Shown here piece after piece: positions 1 through 9,814 of a DNA stretch of 56,132 nt. The first letter of the stretch is position 1; every line of letters starts with the position of its first letter. The stretch comes from a virus (lineage: Duplodnaviria > Caudoviricetes), in IMG/VR virus record IMGVR_UViG_3300049491_000181, positions 1-56,132 of that record, one strand, 5' to 3'. Under the pieces are notes generated by a model. The model did no database searches and was not told where the DNA came from. It saw only the letters and a program-made list of their open reading frames with translations. The position numbers were made by a program, and so were the translations under genes.

Positions 1-6
1 CGCGCC

Positions 7-132
7 GCGCGTTCCTGAAGACTGGTGGACTCCTCACTGACGAATTCTTGCCGAAGTTTGCCGACCAAATCAACAAGACGTTTGGTGACACGAAGCAGGT
101 GTCCGGCTACGTTGCCGAAATGGCGAAGTTGA
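7..132. repeat. Terminal overlap, copy 1 (126 bp, identical to 56007-56132)
   Basis: Exact match to the end of the window at offset 56,000; it lies inside the tape measure ORF, consistent with a circular assembly overlap. Confidence 0.95.
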
Positions 133-1325
133 AAAACGCCTTTGCCGAAGTGCTTGTGGCCCTCGGGGATGCCGGGGCGTTCAACGCGCTTACACAGGGG
201 TTGGCCGGCGTTACTGAAGTCATCAAGAGTGTGGCAATTGAGTTTGGGCTTTGGGGTAAGGTTGTCGGCCTGACGTATGACGCGATCAAAAGCGGCAACT
301 TCAGCGGCTTGGGCGACAAGATAAGCACGGAGATTGATAAGGCCGATCTTGCGTTCAAGGCGTTGGCCGCTAGTTCGGCGTCGGCCGGCACGGGCGTCAA
401 AAACTTCTCCTCCGGCGTCGCCGATGAATTCGGCGGCACTATCCAGATCACAGAGCAAACGACCAAGGTTATCACTCAGCTTTCGGAGGAGTCGAAGGCG
501 GCAAGCAAGATTCTGAGCGAGATGGGGCTGAACCCTGGCAAGCTGAAGGATCAAGTTTCAGACTTCCAACTTGCCCTTATCAATCTTGTCGAGTTGAGCG
601 GCGTTGCGGCCAATCAGATTCTCAACGCCTTCGATAAGGCGCTAAACACATCGAAGAATATCGAGGACATCAACCTAGTCGGTGATGCCCTGGCCACGGC
701 ATTCACCAACGGCGATATCTCCGCCTCACAGTTCACTGACAAGGTCGGCGACCTCGCGAAGAAGCAAACGGAGTTGATGAAGGCCATCGACCCGACCATC
801 AAGACGATGGCGCAGCAGAAGGCGGAGATGGACAAGGCCGCAGATGCCGCGTCCAAACTCGAACTTGAATACGCCAAGCTCAAGTCTGCCGAATTCATCA
901 AGGGCCTGGAGTTCAAAGCCCAGATCGACGTTGCCCAGATTCAGGCCGATGTGGAGAAGGTGAAGGCCGCTTTCGAGTCGATCAACAACACGATCACCGT
1001 CACCACCGAAGCGACATCGGACCTGTTCAAGCTATTCGCAGAGAATGCGAACACATTGACTTTTTCGCAGCTGGCCGATATCAAGCAACAAATCGAATTC
1101 GAGAACAAGATCAAGCAAGAGGCTTTCGAGCTTCAGAAACAACTAGTGCAGGCGCAGATTGCCGCGATGACGGCGACCACTGCGAAGCTCTTAGCAGGCG
1201 ACGCGCTCATCAAGATCGACGGCGCCGGCTTGCAGCCGCAGCTGGAGGCGTTCATGTGGGAAGTGCTCAAGGCCATTCAAATCAAGGTGAATCAGGACGG
1301 GCTGAAACTCCTGCTGGGCGTCTGA
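7..1325 (+). CDS. Tape measure protein, C-terminal part (gene starts at 55268 and wraps; ~685 aa)
   Basis: In frame with the 55268 ATG across the overlap; Ala/Leu/Lys-rich helical sequence. Confidence 0.9.
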
Positions 1326-1326
1326 A

Positions 1327-1680
1327 ATGCTTAATACCCTTTCCACCATCGCCTACGATCCTGGCGGCTATGTCGAGCTTCAGGTCACGGAGGAAACCAC
1401 GCCCGGCGAAACGCGGCGCCGCGTGAACCGGGTTGCGACCCTGGACGGCAGCGCCGCGGTGAATGACGGCGGGTTCTCCGAAGCGGATCGGACGATTGAC
1501 CTCGCATGGATCAACAACGCGACGATCGACGCGCTGGTTGACCGCATGACGCAGTTCTACACACGCATCAACGTCTCCACTCGCGCAGGGGTCTTCCGCG
1601 CTGTCCCTGAAGTGTTTACGCCGGGCGGCACTGGTGAGTCACGGTTGCGCCTGCTTGTCATCTCCAAACTTTCCGTATGA
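1327..1680 (+). CDS. Putative distal tail protein (117 aa)
   Basis: Immediately follows the tape measure gene; RRVNRVATLDG motif typical of small Dit-like proteins. Confidence 0.6.
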   Translation: MLNTLSTIAYDPGGYVELQVTEETTPGETRRRVNRVATLDGSAAVNDGGFSEADRTIDLAWINNATIDALVDRMTQFYTRINVSTRAGVFRAVPEVFTPGGTGESRLRLLVISKLSV

Positions 1681-1687
1681 GGCGCAC

Positions 1688-2074
1688 ATGACCGTCCCAC
1701 TTGTTCCAACTTGGCACGCCCAGGTGCTGATTGACGCCCACACGGCGCTCCTCGCGCTGGTTGATGCCGGCACCGCCGGATCAGTCAAGGTGCGCGACGC
1801 TGCCGATGTGCTTTTGGCGACCATCGTGCTAACCGATCCTGCCGGAACCGTTCACGGAACTACCGGACAACTGACGATCACCGACGCGGGGCCTGTAAAC
1901 GCCGTGGCCAGCGGGACTGCTGCATATGCTGAACTTTGTAGTTCGGCAGGCACGGTCTATCTGGCGTTGCCGGCGCAACAGGGCGTCGCGGCAGTCTCTG
2001 GCTACGCGGTTTTGAATACGTTGGTCATCGTGTCTGGCCTCCCCGTCGAGCTTATCAGCTTCACGATTGGATAA
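1688..2074 (+). CDS. Virion/tail structural protein (128 aa)
   Basis: ATG 1688 after GAGG; Ala/Gly/Thr-rich beta protein in the tail module. Confidence 0.6.
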   Translation: MTVPLVPTWHAQVLIDAHTALLALVDAGTAGSVKVRDAADVLLATIVLTDPAGTVHGTTGQLTITDAGPVNAVASGTAAYAELCSSAGTVYLALPAQQGVAAVSGYAVLNTLVIVSGLPVELISFTIG

Positions 2075-2080
2075 TGCGCC

Positions 2081-3019
2081 ATGGCAACTCCAACTGAATA
2101 CCGATCCACAGACGCCTCCGCGCCGGTCCTGACCGGCGAGGTCGGGAAGCTGAATGCGCTGCTGAAGGCCATCTTGGTCGATGGGTACGGCGCGAAATCC
2201 GCGGCGGGCTGGACGATGCCGTACAACTCCGGTACTGATTACGCGATGTTCCGCCAAGGCGCCGGCCTCCAGCACTACCTCTGGTGCAACGACACTAACG
2301 CGCAAATGTCGCGGCTCGTTGGCTACGTCACCGCCAGCAGCCACACGGCGGGAACAAACCCGTTCCCCACGGAGACGCAATTTTCGGCAGGGCTGTACGC
2401 CCGTAAGTCGATCACCGCCAGCGCCACGGCTCGCCCGTGGATTTGTTGGGCGACGGACAAGCACTTTGCCCTGTTCATCCTGGGCGGGTCCACCGTGCTC
2501 ACGACTCCGGGCGGCGGTGATAGCCATGTATTCTTCGGGCAGATGTACGCCCCGGCGTTAAGCGGGGATGTTTTTCATTCGTTGTTGATCGCGGCGTCCG
2601 ATACTTCCACCACCTCCACGGCCGGCGCCATCACTCGGCAAGTATTGACTCCTCTTGGACTCACGCTGGCCGGGCACTACATGCCGCAGAGTTACACGCA
2701 GTCGGGTGGGGCGATCAACGTTGGCAAGAGGGCGAACCAGATTTATGCTCAGAGCCAGTCGGGCGGCTCGGGCGGGTCGGCTTACCCGGAGCCGTGCAGC
2801 GGCGGACTGCATCTCAGCCGGATGTCGATCCTGGAGACGGCGTTGCCGAATCGCGGTTATCTGCCGGGCATCTGGAGCGTTGGTCACTCCTACTCGAATT
2901 TCACGCACCTCGATACGCTGACCGGGAACAGCACGTTGTCCGGCAAAAGCTTCACGCTTGTCGGCAATTCCGCTGGCGCGGCGAGTTGTGTCGCTATCGA
3001 AACGAATGGAGGCTGGTAA
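2081..3019 (+). CDS. Tail fibre/tail-associated protein (312 aa)
   Basis: N-terminal STDASAPVLTG...LKAILVDGYG...AGW motif common to proteobacterial phage tail proteins. Confidence 0.7.
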   Translation: MATPTEYRSTDASAPVLTGEVGKLNALLKAILVDGYGAKSAAGWTMPYNSGTDYAMFRQGAGLQHYLWCNDTNAQMSRLVGYVTASSHTAGTNPFPTETQFSAGLYARKSITASATARPWICWATDKHFALFILGGSTVLTTPGGGDSHVFFGQMYAPALSGDVFHSLLIAASDTSTTSTAGAITRQVLTPLGLTLAGHYMPQSYTQSGGAINVGKRANQIYAQSQSGGSGGSAYPEPCSGGLHLSRMSILETALPNRGYLPGIWSVGHSYSNFTHLDTLTGNSTLSGKSFTLVGNSAGAASCVAIETNGGW

Positions 3020-3337
3020 ATGGCTGCGCTTGGCGCCGTAGGCCAGCAAGGATCGCCGGACGATCTGAGCATGAGCATGTTCACGATCACCGTCGCGTTG
3101 CCGGCTGCAACATTATCGATCAGCGGCGTTATCTACGATGACACCGCAACCGTGGCGGAGCGCGTTGTACGGGCCTATCGACGTTCGGATGGGGTCTTGC
3201 TTGGCGAAGACACGAGCAACGCCGGGACGGGCGCCTACAGCATCGCGCTCCCACCGGGGGAGGTGTACCGGGTGGTCCTGGACGATTCGGCAGGGACGCT
3301 TTACAATGACCTGATAGACCGGGTCATTCCGGCTTGA
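3020..3337 (+). CDS. Tail-associated protein (105 aa)
   Basis: Coupled to the previous gene; RVVRAYRRSDG..LG...S motif seen in tail accessory proteins. Confidence 0.6.
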   Translation: MAALGAVGQQGSPDDLSMSMFTITVALPAATLSISGVIYDDTATVAERVVRAYRRSDGVLLGEDTSNAGTGAYSIALPPGEVYRVVLDDSAGTLYNDLIDRVIPA

Positions 3338-3341
3338 CGCC

Positions 3342-4196
3342 ATGCCGTATACGCGGCCAGACTTCGACGCTGCCGACGCGACTTTCGATGGCCCCGCGGC
3401 GTACACGTTGCCCGACTTCGACGCGGCGGACGCGACGTTTTTCACCGGGACACCGGAACTCTACGTTTCTGTGCCGAGTCCGCTTGGCGCCGTGCTGTTG
3501 CTCGCCTCGATTACCACCGGCGTTCGTGTCGCGGTTGCGTCACCACTAGGCGCAGCGCGCGCCCTGTTCACAATCCCGACTGCCGCGCGCATCTCCGTCG
3601 CCAGCCCACTCGGGTCTCCGGCCGTATTCGGGTTCACCGACTTTACGCCGGCACTTGACGATGCGGCAACGACACGTTACGTCATGGACCTTGAGACGCC
3701 TGACGGGGCTGTTCGCGTTCCGATAAGTTCCTGGCAAGCAACATTACAAGTCACGAACCTTTCATATGTTGGCGCGACGATCCCGGCTTGTGCTGATTGG
3801 ATCGAAACGATTAACGCCGCAACGGAGTTCGTCATCTACCGTTGCACGACCCTTATTACCGGGCAGCAGATAGAGCAAGAGTTAGCCCGCGCGCCATTGG
3901 ATACCGTGCAATTCGATCAGGGGCCGACGAACCACACCGCCAGCATTTCCGGTTATGGCCCGGCGTTCGAGGCGCAGACCGACCCTGACCCGTTGTATGA
4001 CCGCACGCTACAGCACGTTCGGAGTCTGAGCGTGTATGTGTCGGGCGTCCGGGCGCGTTGCGCAATCGATTGGATGCTGCGGCCGGGGCAGCGCGCCTTC
4101 TACGGCGAGGCGGCTTCCATGATCGTTACGTACATGAATCTGTACGCCACGAACGGAGGCGATCAATACATGGATGTTGGCGAGCGCATCTCATGA
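3342..4196 (+). CDS. Tail tip/hub-like protein (284 aa)
   Basis: Tail module position; N-terminal duplicated YTxPDFDAADATF and three VxSPLG repeats. Confidence 0.55.
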   Translation: MPYTRPDFDAADATFDGPAAYTLPDFDAADATFFTGTPELYVSVPSPLGAVLLLASITTGVRVAVASPLGAARALFTIPTAARISVASPLGSPAVFGFTDFTPALDDAATTRYVMDLETPDGAVRVPISSWQATLQVTNLSYVGATIPACADWIETINAATEFVIYRCTTLITGQQIEQELARAPLDTVQFDQGPTNHTASISGYGPAFEAQTDPDPLYDRTLQHVRSLSVYVSGVRARCAIDWMLRPGQRAFYGEAASMIVTYMNLYATNGGDQYMDVGERIS

Positions 4197-5641
4197 GCTA
4201 CGCGCTGGTCACTGGCGGCGGGACGGATGGCCTTTACACCATCGAGCTTGATTGGGGCGCGGCGCAAAAGGCGGCGCTCCTCGCCGCGCTCAGCACGATC
4301 CAAGTGGCCAACGAGACGAAGATCGAACTTCAGCAGATCGTGGTCGATCAACACGACGCTAACGAAGCTGCCGCGGCGCAGCAGTTGGCGGAGGTAGTGG
4401 ACTTTTTCATGTCACAAACGCCGGAGGAGCAGGCCGCGGGCGGCACGGCGTTTTTCAAGCTGTACACGTTTCTGTATCAGAAAGCACTTAAGCTTCAACA
4501 GGCTTCGATCCCTGCCCGGCTTGCACTCCAGACGCTGAAGCAGAAACAAACCCAAGTCTATAAGCAGATTGCCTATTGGAACAACTTTGTCGCCATCGAG
4601 TCACGCAGCGCGTGGTGCGTCGATTTCACGGAAGACGCAACCGGCTTTGTCGGCATCGTTTCGATCAACGGCGAGTCGGAAACGTTGCTCATCTTTCCTG
4701 GCGGTGACACGCCGGTCTTGGCGGTTGACGGGTTGCTATCGGCGCGGGAACTGATGTCCCCAGAGCAAGCATACTTCAACGCCGCGATCCTGCCAGGATG
4801 GCAAAAGGACAAGCCCACCTATAGAACCGGCACGATCACGAGCTTGGACTACAACGCATCGACTGCGACGATTGAACTTGACGACGCGACTTCAAGCGCG
4901 CAAGGCCTCAACATCAACTGGGAAACCACGTTTACCAATGTGCCGGTTGAATATATGACGTGCCACGCCGTGGCCTTCAACAACGGCGATAAGGCCGTGG
5001 TCGATTTCAACCTTTCACAGACAACAGGAGGCGGCTACCCGAAGATCATCGGTTTTGTTGATCACCCAAAGCAGTGCGGGCTTTACCTTGCGGGGTCTGC
5101 AAGCATCGGCGAAGGGCTTATTGCGGGAGAGTCGAGTGTAGGCCAAAATTTATTCTTCTTCATTCCATCGGCAGCGGCAGCGGCAAACTTTACGTTGATT
5201 CTTGCAAATGCTTCAGCTGTTGTTGTAGAGGGGCGCATTAATAAGGGCGCATGGCAGTCATACGAGCGCACAACTCCTCCAGCCGTTGGCGAAGCATGGC
5301 GGCTGGGTGGCGTATCGTCCAACATGCTTATCGACTTTAGCACCGGCTCGATTGTTTTTCCATTTAATAGAAGCATTCGCGTTCTGATACACGACCGCTA
5401 TCAGGCTTTTGCGGTCGGCGATGTTTGGGAAGTACGAATGACGTTGTTCGGCAATGTTGAATTCAACGTAGCGTATGAATGGCACGGCATACCGCCAGGC
5501 GGCACCCCGGATGGTGGCGGTTTTTACTATGGCGAGACAGTCCGCATGCGCAGTCGAGGTGGCGTGAACCTCACATACGATAGTGATCCACCTAACACCT
5601 ACATTGAGCAACTCAATTACGTTCTTTTCTCGGAGGAGTGA
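4193..5641 (+). CDS. Tail tip/central spike-like protein (482 aa)
   Basis: ATGA overlap; coiled coil, then AWCVDFTED...NAAILPGWQK..PTYRTG conserved-looking core and an AT-richer C-terminal domain. Confidence 0.6.
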   Translation: MSYALVTGGGTDGLYTIELDWGAAQKAALLAALSTIQVANETKIELQQIVVDQHDANEAAAAQQLAEVVDFFMSQTPEEQAAGGTAFFKLYTFLYQKALKLQQASIPARLALQTLKQKQTQVYKQIAYWNNFVAIESRSAWCVDFTEDATGFVGIVSINGESETLLIFPGGDTPVLAVDGLLSARELMSPEQAYFNAAILPGWQKDKPTYRTGTITSLDYNASTATIELDDATSSAQGLNINWETTFTNVPVEYMTCHAVAFNNGDKAVVDFNLSQTTGGGYPKIIGFVDHPKQCGLYLAGSASIGEGLIAGESSVGQNLFFFIPSAAAAANFTLILANASAVVVEGRINKGAWQSYERTTPPAVGEAWRLGGVSSNMLIDFSTGSIVFPFNRSIRVLIHDRYQAFAVGDVWEVRMTLFGNVEFNVAYEWHGIPPGGTPDGGGFYYGETVRMRSRGGVNLTYDSDPPNTYIEQLNYVLFSEE

Positions 5642-5647
5642 ACCATA

Positions 5648-6094
5648 ATGATCGTCACCACCGAAATCACCGGCATCCCCGCGGCGCAGAAGTTGTTGTT
5701 GTGGCTGGTGCCGAATATCCGCGAGCAGTCGGTCACGGACCTCGCCGAAGTCGCGCTGGGCGTCATCAAATCCGGCGCCGCGAAGCACACGAAAACCGGC
5801 ACGTTGCAAAGCTCCGTCTTCAACAAGGAGGTCTCCCCATTCTCGCGACTGGTCGGGCATGACCTGCTGATTGCACCGCACGCGCCGTTCCCGATCCACG
5901 GCACGAAGCCACACAAAATCTTCCCGAAGAAGGCGGGCGGCGTGCTAGCGTGGCAGGTCGGCGGCACCACCATCTTCGCCAAGTACGTCAACCACCCCGG
6001 CAACAAACCCGACGATTACATTCAAGGTGCCATCGACACCGCTGCGGCACAATTGCCGAAGATCATCGGCGACATCATCAAGGGAGCACCGTAA
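5648..6094 (+). CDS. HK97 gp10-like neck/tail completion protein (148 aa)
   Basis: KTGTLQSS, HAPFPIHGTKPH, KYVNHPG motifs of this family. Confidence 0.7.
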   Translation: MIVTTEITGIPAAQKLLLWLVPNIREQSVTDLAEVALGVIKSGAAKHTKTGTLQSSVFNKEVSPFSRLVGHDLLIAPHAPFPIHGTKPHKIFPKKAGGVLAWQVGGTTIFAKYVNHPGNKPDDYIQGAIDTAAAQLPKIIGDIIKGAP

Positions 6095-6423
6095 TGGCCA
6101 CGCTATATACATACCCCGACACCTACCTCGCCCCATTCTGCAACGAGGACCGCGAAGGCCGGGCCACGGAGGAGGTCGAAATTCTGGAGGCTGTCGGCGG
6201 GCGCACTTTCGATGCTGATTGGACCGAAAAGCTCATCATCCTTCAGACCTACATCATTGTCTGCATCGAGTGCCAAGCGCAGCTTGATGACCTCTTTGAT
6301 GTGAAGTTGAAAAAGTACCGGGAGGAGTTCGATATCCAGTTGGCGCGCGCCCGAGACGCCGCCGACATCACAGCTGACACGGTTGGCCCGGGCGTCTATT
6401 CAATCCCTGTCGTGAGGTTGTAA
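6094..6423 (+). CDS. Putative head-tail adaptor (109 aa)
   Basis: TAATG coupling with a GGAG RBS; size and helical character; lies between neck-like genes. Confidence 0.5.
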   Translation: MATLYTYPDTYLAPFCNEDREGRATEEVEILEAVGGRTFDADWTEKLIILQTYIIVCIECQAQLDDLFDVKLKKYREEFDIQLARARDAADITADTVGPGVYSIPVVRL

Positions 6424-6427
6424 GACC

Positions 6428-7225
6428 ATGATGACCGCCCTGCTGAACGCCCGCGACGCTTTCCGAAGCATCGCCCGGGTGGTGACCTGCGAGATTGGTG
6501 ACGAGGCGAACATGTCCCCGGAGAATTACCCGATGATCCGGCTGGTGCCGGTCAGGGTCACCCCTGGGTTGCCGATGAATGGGCGCGCCATCGACACCAA
6601 CATCATTTTCGGCATGGCCCTGGCCAACCCGCTCGGGCTTACTGCCGTGTATCAGGGGCTGTCCGACTTTGAAGCTGAAATCCTGGCCGTGTTGCGCACT
6701 CTGAATGGCCGGTACGTCGAAACGGTCACCGACCAGGACACATTACCGATGTATAAGCGCATGGCGATCAGGTGCCAGATCGATGAGCCGGTGTTGCCAC
6801 ACGTCAAAGCGGCTATCCACGCCACGAGCGTCACACTGACCCAGGAGGCGGCGGTTGCGGCACCACTTGTTCCGTTCGCCCGCACCCTGCACATCTCCGA
6901 TGCCGCAGACTGGACGGTTGACCTCGCTGCCGGGGAAGTCGAGCGGTTGCTGAATGGCGCCACCACGATCCGATCAAGGTTAACCCTGACAGGGTTTGTT
7001 ACCGGCCCCGATGGTGCAACCGTTGAGATTGGGATTCTGGCCGAAGGCACACCCGTGGGGAACCGTCAAATCTGTGATATTTCCACCCTAGACGGCCCTC
7101 GTAGCTTTGAGGTGGTGGTACCCCACACGGACACCCTTGCGACGGCCTACAGCGCCCAGGTTACAGGGTCGGAGGGCGGTGATTACACCTTCACCGACCT
7201 CAAGCTCGTGGGCGAGGGGATTTGA
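6428..7225 (+). CDS. Putative tail terminator-like domain (N-terminal ~120 aa) with a C-terminal beta-rich extension (265 aa)
   Basis: YPMIRLVP motif and position next to the neck genes. Confidence 0.45.
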   Translation: MMTALLNARDAFRSIARVVTCEIGDEANMSPENYPMIRLVPVRVTPGLPMNGRAIDTNIIFGMALANPLGLTAVYQGLSDFEAEILAVLRTLNGRYVETVTDQDTLPMYKRMAIRCQIDEPVLPHVKAAIHATSVTLTQEAAVAAPLVPFARTLHISDAADWTVDLAAGEVERLLNGATTIRSRLTLTGFVTGPDGATVEIGILAEGTPVGNRQICDISTLDGPRSFEVVVPHTDTLATAYSAQVTGSEGGDYTFTDLKLVGEGI

Positions 7226-7228
7226 GCC

Positions 7229-7375
7229 GTGTGGTCTAAGAAGCGTCACGACCCCTACACCAGTGCCGGGGTGCGCCGGTTGAAGTGTGTTCGGTGTTCC
7301 GCCCAGGCCACCGATCAATGGCAGGTGTGCAGTGATGGGAATAATTACCGGCCATTGTGCGCATCGTCACCATAA
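7229..7375 (+). CDS. Small Cys-rich ORF (48 aa), possibly truncated
   Basis: MWSKKRHDPYTSAGVRRLKCVRC...WQVCSDG..YRPLC; the second CxxC is incomplete. Confidence 0.35.
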   Translation: MWSKKRHDPYTSAGVRRLKCVRCSAQATDQWQVCSDGNNYRPLCASSP

Positions 7376-7476
7376 CCACGGGTGCCGAAATGGATCGCCC
7401 GGGATCGAAGGACGAAGTCCAGGACGAGCGGCTAGACGCCCTTGAGCGGGTGCCCGTGCGCCACGGTGACCGGGCC

Positions 7477-7839
7477 ATGTCTCGATCCGAAGGTCAGGGG
7501 CACGCCGACCTCCAGGATGCGCAAACACGGGTGCTGGTTCAGGGTCAACACCAGATCGCCCAGCAGATCGCGGAGCTTACGATCAGCCAGCAGAATGCCA
7601 TCGCGTGGCGCGCTGCGAGCGATGCGCGGCTGAAGGCACTGGAGCTGGCACTGGCAGACAACACGCAGGTCACGATGGATGTGCGCGACCTGTTGGACGC
7701 TTTCAAGGGCGGGTTTAAGGTCTTGGGGTGGTTGGGCACGGCGACGAAGTGGCTCGGCGCAATCGCCGCGGCGGGGATGGCGTTGTACACGGCTTTATAC
7801 ATGGTGACGCACGGTGGCAATCTACCGGGAGGCAAGTGA
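7477..7839 (+). CDS. Holin-like membrane protein (coiled coil plus C-terminal TM); start may be 7390
   Basis: FKVLGWLGTATKWLGAIAAAGMALYTALY hydrophobic C-terminus at the end of the late operon. Confidence 0.5.
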   Translation: MSRSEGQGHADLQDAQTRVLVQGQHQIAQQIAELTISQQNAIAWRAASDARLKALELALADNTQVTMDVRDLLDAFKGGFKVLGWLGTATKWLGAIAAAGMALYTALYMVTHGGNLPGGK

Positions 7840-8312
7840 TGGGGGCGCTGATAGAAAAATGGACAGCCATTCTGCACAAGCCGTTGTCGCTCATTACTGC
7901 GGCGTCGGTCGGCGCGCTGATCGTTCTTTGGCACCCCATTCTGTTCGGGTGGTTGACGCGGGCGTTCGACGATGCGTTTCCTGTCTTGGTCATGGAGGGC
8001 GAGCTAGTGGGGCGCGAAGGGGACTCCGTACAGGTCCACATCGTCGGTGAGAAGTACCGTGGCACGGAGTGCGTCCTGATTCGTATTTATGGTTACGCCG
8101 TGTCGAAAGACGGCACGATGCACAACGCGGTGACCACGCGCATTGACGTTCCAGCGAGCGGCATTATCCGACCAGCCGGCAAATATGACATCGGGATTTG
8201 GAGTGTGCGGCCGGTCCATGAAGGCGCCGCCCGGGTCCGGGTCTACACCGATCATGACTGCGTCGGGCGCGTCATCAGGACGATGATTGTCGATGTTCCG
8301 CTGACGCCATGA
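7839..8312 (+). CDS. Membrane-anchored protein, possible lysis accessory (157 aa)
   Basis: TGATG coupling; N-terminal TM helix followed by a beta domain with two Cys. Confidence 0.5.
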   Translation: MGALIEKWTAILHKPLSLITAASVGALIVLWHPILFGWLTRAFDDAFPVLVMEGELVGREGDSVQVHIVGEKYRGTECVLIRIYGYAVSKDGTMHNAVTTRIDVPASGIIRPAGKYDIGIWSVRPVHEGAARVRVYTDHDCVGRVIRTMIVDVPLTP

Positions 8313-8500
8313 ACAGGGAGCCCGGCGAAACCGACCCTGGCACGGTCGAGGTGATCGTCGGTTATCTGGTGACCCTGGCGGACGGGTATGAGGTACGTTT
8401 CGGGCCAACGCACAATCTAGCCGTAAACTACGCCATACGCCAGAGGGTGAAGCCGCCAGAGACCATGTTTGTCAAGCGAAAGGCAGAAGATGCGCGATGA
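8309..8500 (+). CDS. Hypothetical protein (63 aa)
   Basis: ATGA overlap with the previous gene. Confidence 0.45.
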   Translation: MNREPGETDPGTVEVIVGYLVTLADGYEVRFGPTHNLAVNYAIRQRVKPPETMFVKRKAEDAR

Positions 8501-8638
8501 CAAGGAACCCCAACAACCACTGCGGCGCCGGGGCCAACGAATGACTAGTGGTACCCGATCCCGGGCAAGCCCGGCTTCGAGCGGAACGACGCCGGGCAGT
8601 TGCGGACCTCAACGCCCGTGCCCCCGAAGGGGCCGTGG

Positions 8639-9091
8639 TCATCTTGCCAGTACGCGCGGCAGATGGCGCCAGTGATCCTCAATGCTATTCCAGGCCGAAG
8701 CCCCGGCGAGAGTTTCGGCGCTCATCATCTCTAGATGCTTCAGCCCCAGCGGTGTCATCCCCACGGTGTCGATCACCCAGGTCGCAGCCGGTGACCCGAT
8801 GGCCACGAACACCCGACCGCCTGCCTGTTGACGTTTGGCAATCCAGATGATCTGCGACCGGCGCAACCCGTTGTCACGACCTAGCACGGGCGTCGCAGCC
8901 CTGACCGGGTGGTGGTCGGTGTACTTCAGTTCGAGCTTGCCGGCCACGGCGTCAATGCAGTAGTCCACGTCCGGTGTCCCGGTTCCAACGGCGTTCTCGA
9001 TCCGCTCGAAGTGGCCGTGCATCCCCAACTGGCGGCACGCGGCCACGAGTTTCGGCTGTAACCGCTTACCCCAGAATGATGCCTCGATCAT
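8639..9091 (-). CDS. VRR-NUC/Holliday-junction-resolvase-like PD-(D/E)xK nuclease (150 aa)
   Basis: ERIEN..GTGTPDV...LELK...LRRSQIIW....GGRVFV motifs; downstream of the polymerase. Confidence 0.75.
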   Translation of the reverse strand: MIEASFWGKRLQPKLVAACRQLGMHGHFERIENAVGTGTPDVDYCIDAVAGKLELKYTDHHPVRAATPVLGRDNGLRRSQIIWIAKRQQAGGRVFVAIGSPAATWVIDTVGMTPLGLKHLEMMSAETLAGASAWNSIEDHWRHLPRVLAR

Positions 9092-9095
9092 CGCA

Positions 9096-9329
9096 CTACC
9101 AACGGTGATAGCCGGCAGGATGCCCGCACTTGCGGCAGAAGTCACTCATCGTGCCTTTGCGTGTTTCATATCGCCCTGTTGGGCGGTAGTGGAAGCACAC
9201 TCCGACCTTGAGGTTGTAATAAACGGTCCGTGCCAGACCGTAGGCCCGTGGGGCGTACCAACCGGCTAGACCGCCGATGATCAACCCGGCACTGAACCAC
9301 AGCAACCCATCTAGCAGCGTGATGTTCAC
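9096..9329 (-). CDS. Small membrane protein with C-terminal CxxC (77 aa)
   Basis: GTGA coupling; TM segment plus CRKCG. Confidence 0.5.
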   Translation of the reverse strand: MNITLLDGLLWFSAGLIIGGLAGWYAPRAYGLARTVYYNLKVGVCFHYRPTGRYETRKGTMSDFCRKCGHPAGYHRW

Positions 9330-9814
9330 AGTTGAATACTCCCTCTGAACTCGAACACACTTGGCACACGGGCGCGCATCCGCTGCTTGTATTCCTTTTG
9401 CCGCACACGCGCCGATTTCATCTTTACCGGTTTGGTCGGCGGTTCCAGCCCCATGACCGACCCGCCACGACGACCAGGGAACGAGCTGCGATGATCAACC
9501 CGGAACAGGAACCCGTTTTGCTTGAGGCGCGTCAACACCGCGCGCACAGCTTCAACGCCGGGGAAGTCCTCCACGAATTCGGCGTGTGTCATCGGCCCGT
9601 GGTCGCGGGTGTGGAGAAGCAACGTGTGAGCCAGCGTGCCGAATTTCAGGAACCCGGATTCAAGGCCTAACCTGATGTCGCCGGTTTTCCTCGGGGGTCG
9701 CTTGGCGGCCATTGAACAGGCCACGCACTTGCGGTTGGACACGTACCGCACAACGCTCCCACATCGCCGGCACTCAAGGCCGTTTTTGCGTTCACCCTCG
9801 CCTCGCTTGGTCAT
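9326..9814 (-). CDS. Zn-finger plus winged-HTH-like DNA-binding protein (162 aa)
   Basis: CRRC..RYVSNRKCVAC; VRAVLTRLKQNGFL; ATGA overlap with the polA stop. Confidence 0.55.
   Translation of the reverse strand: MTKRGEGERKNGLECRRCGSVVRYVSNRKCVACSMAAKRPPRKTGDIRLGLESGFLKFGTLAHTLLLHTRDHGPMTHAEFVEDFPGVEAVRAVLTRLKQNGFLFRVDHRSSFPGRRGGSVMGLEPPTKPVKMKSARVRQKEYKQRMRARVPSVFEFRGSIQL

Noticed and set aside
1-132. 126-bp terminal repeat as a physical direct terminal repeat
   Set aside because: It falls mid-gene in the tape measure ORF and has the size of an assembler overlap; bases 1-6 do not match and look like an end artefact
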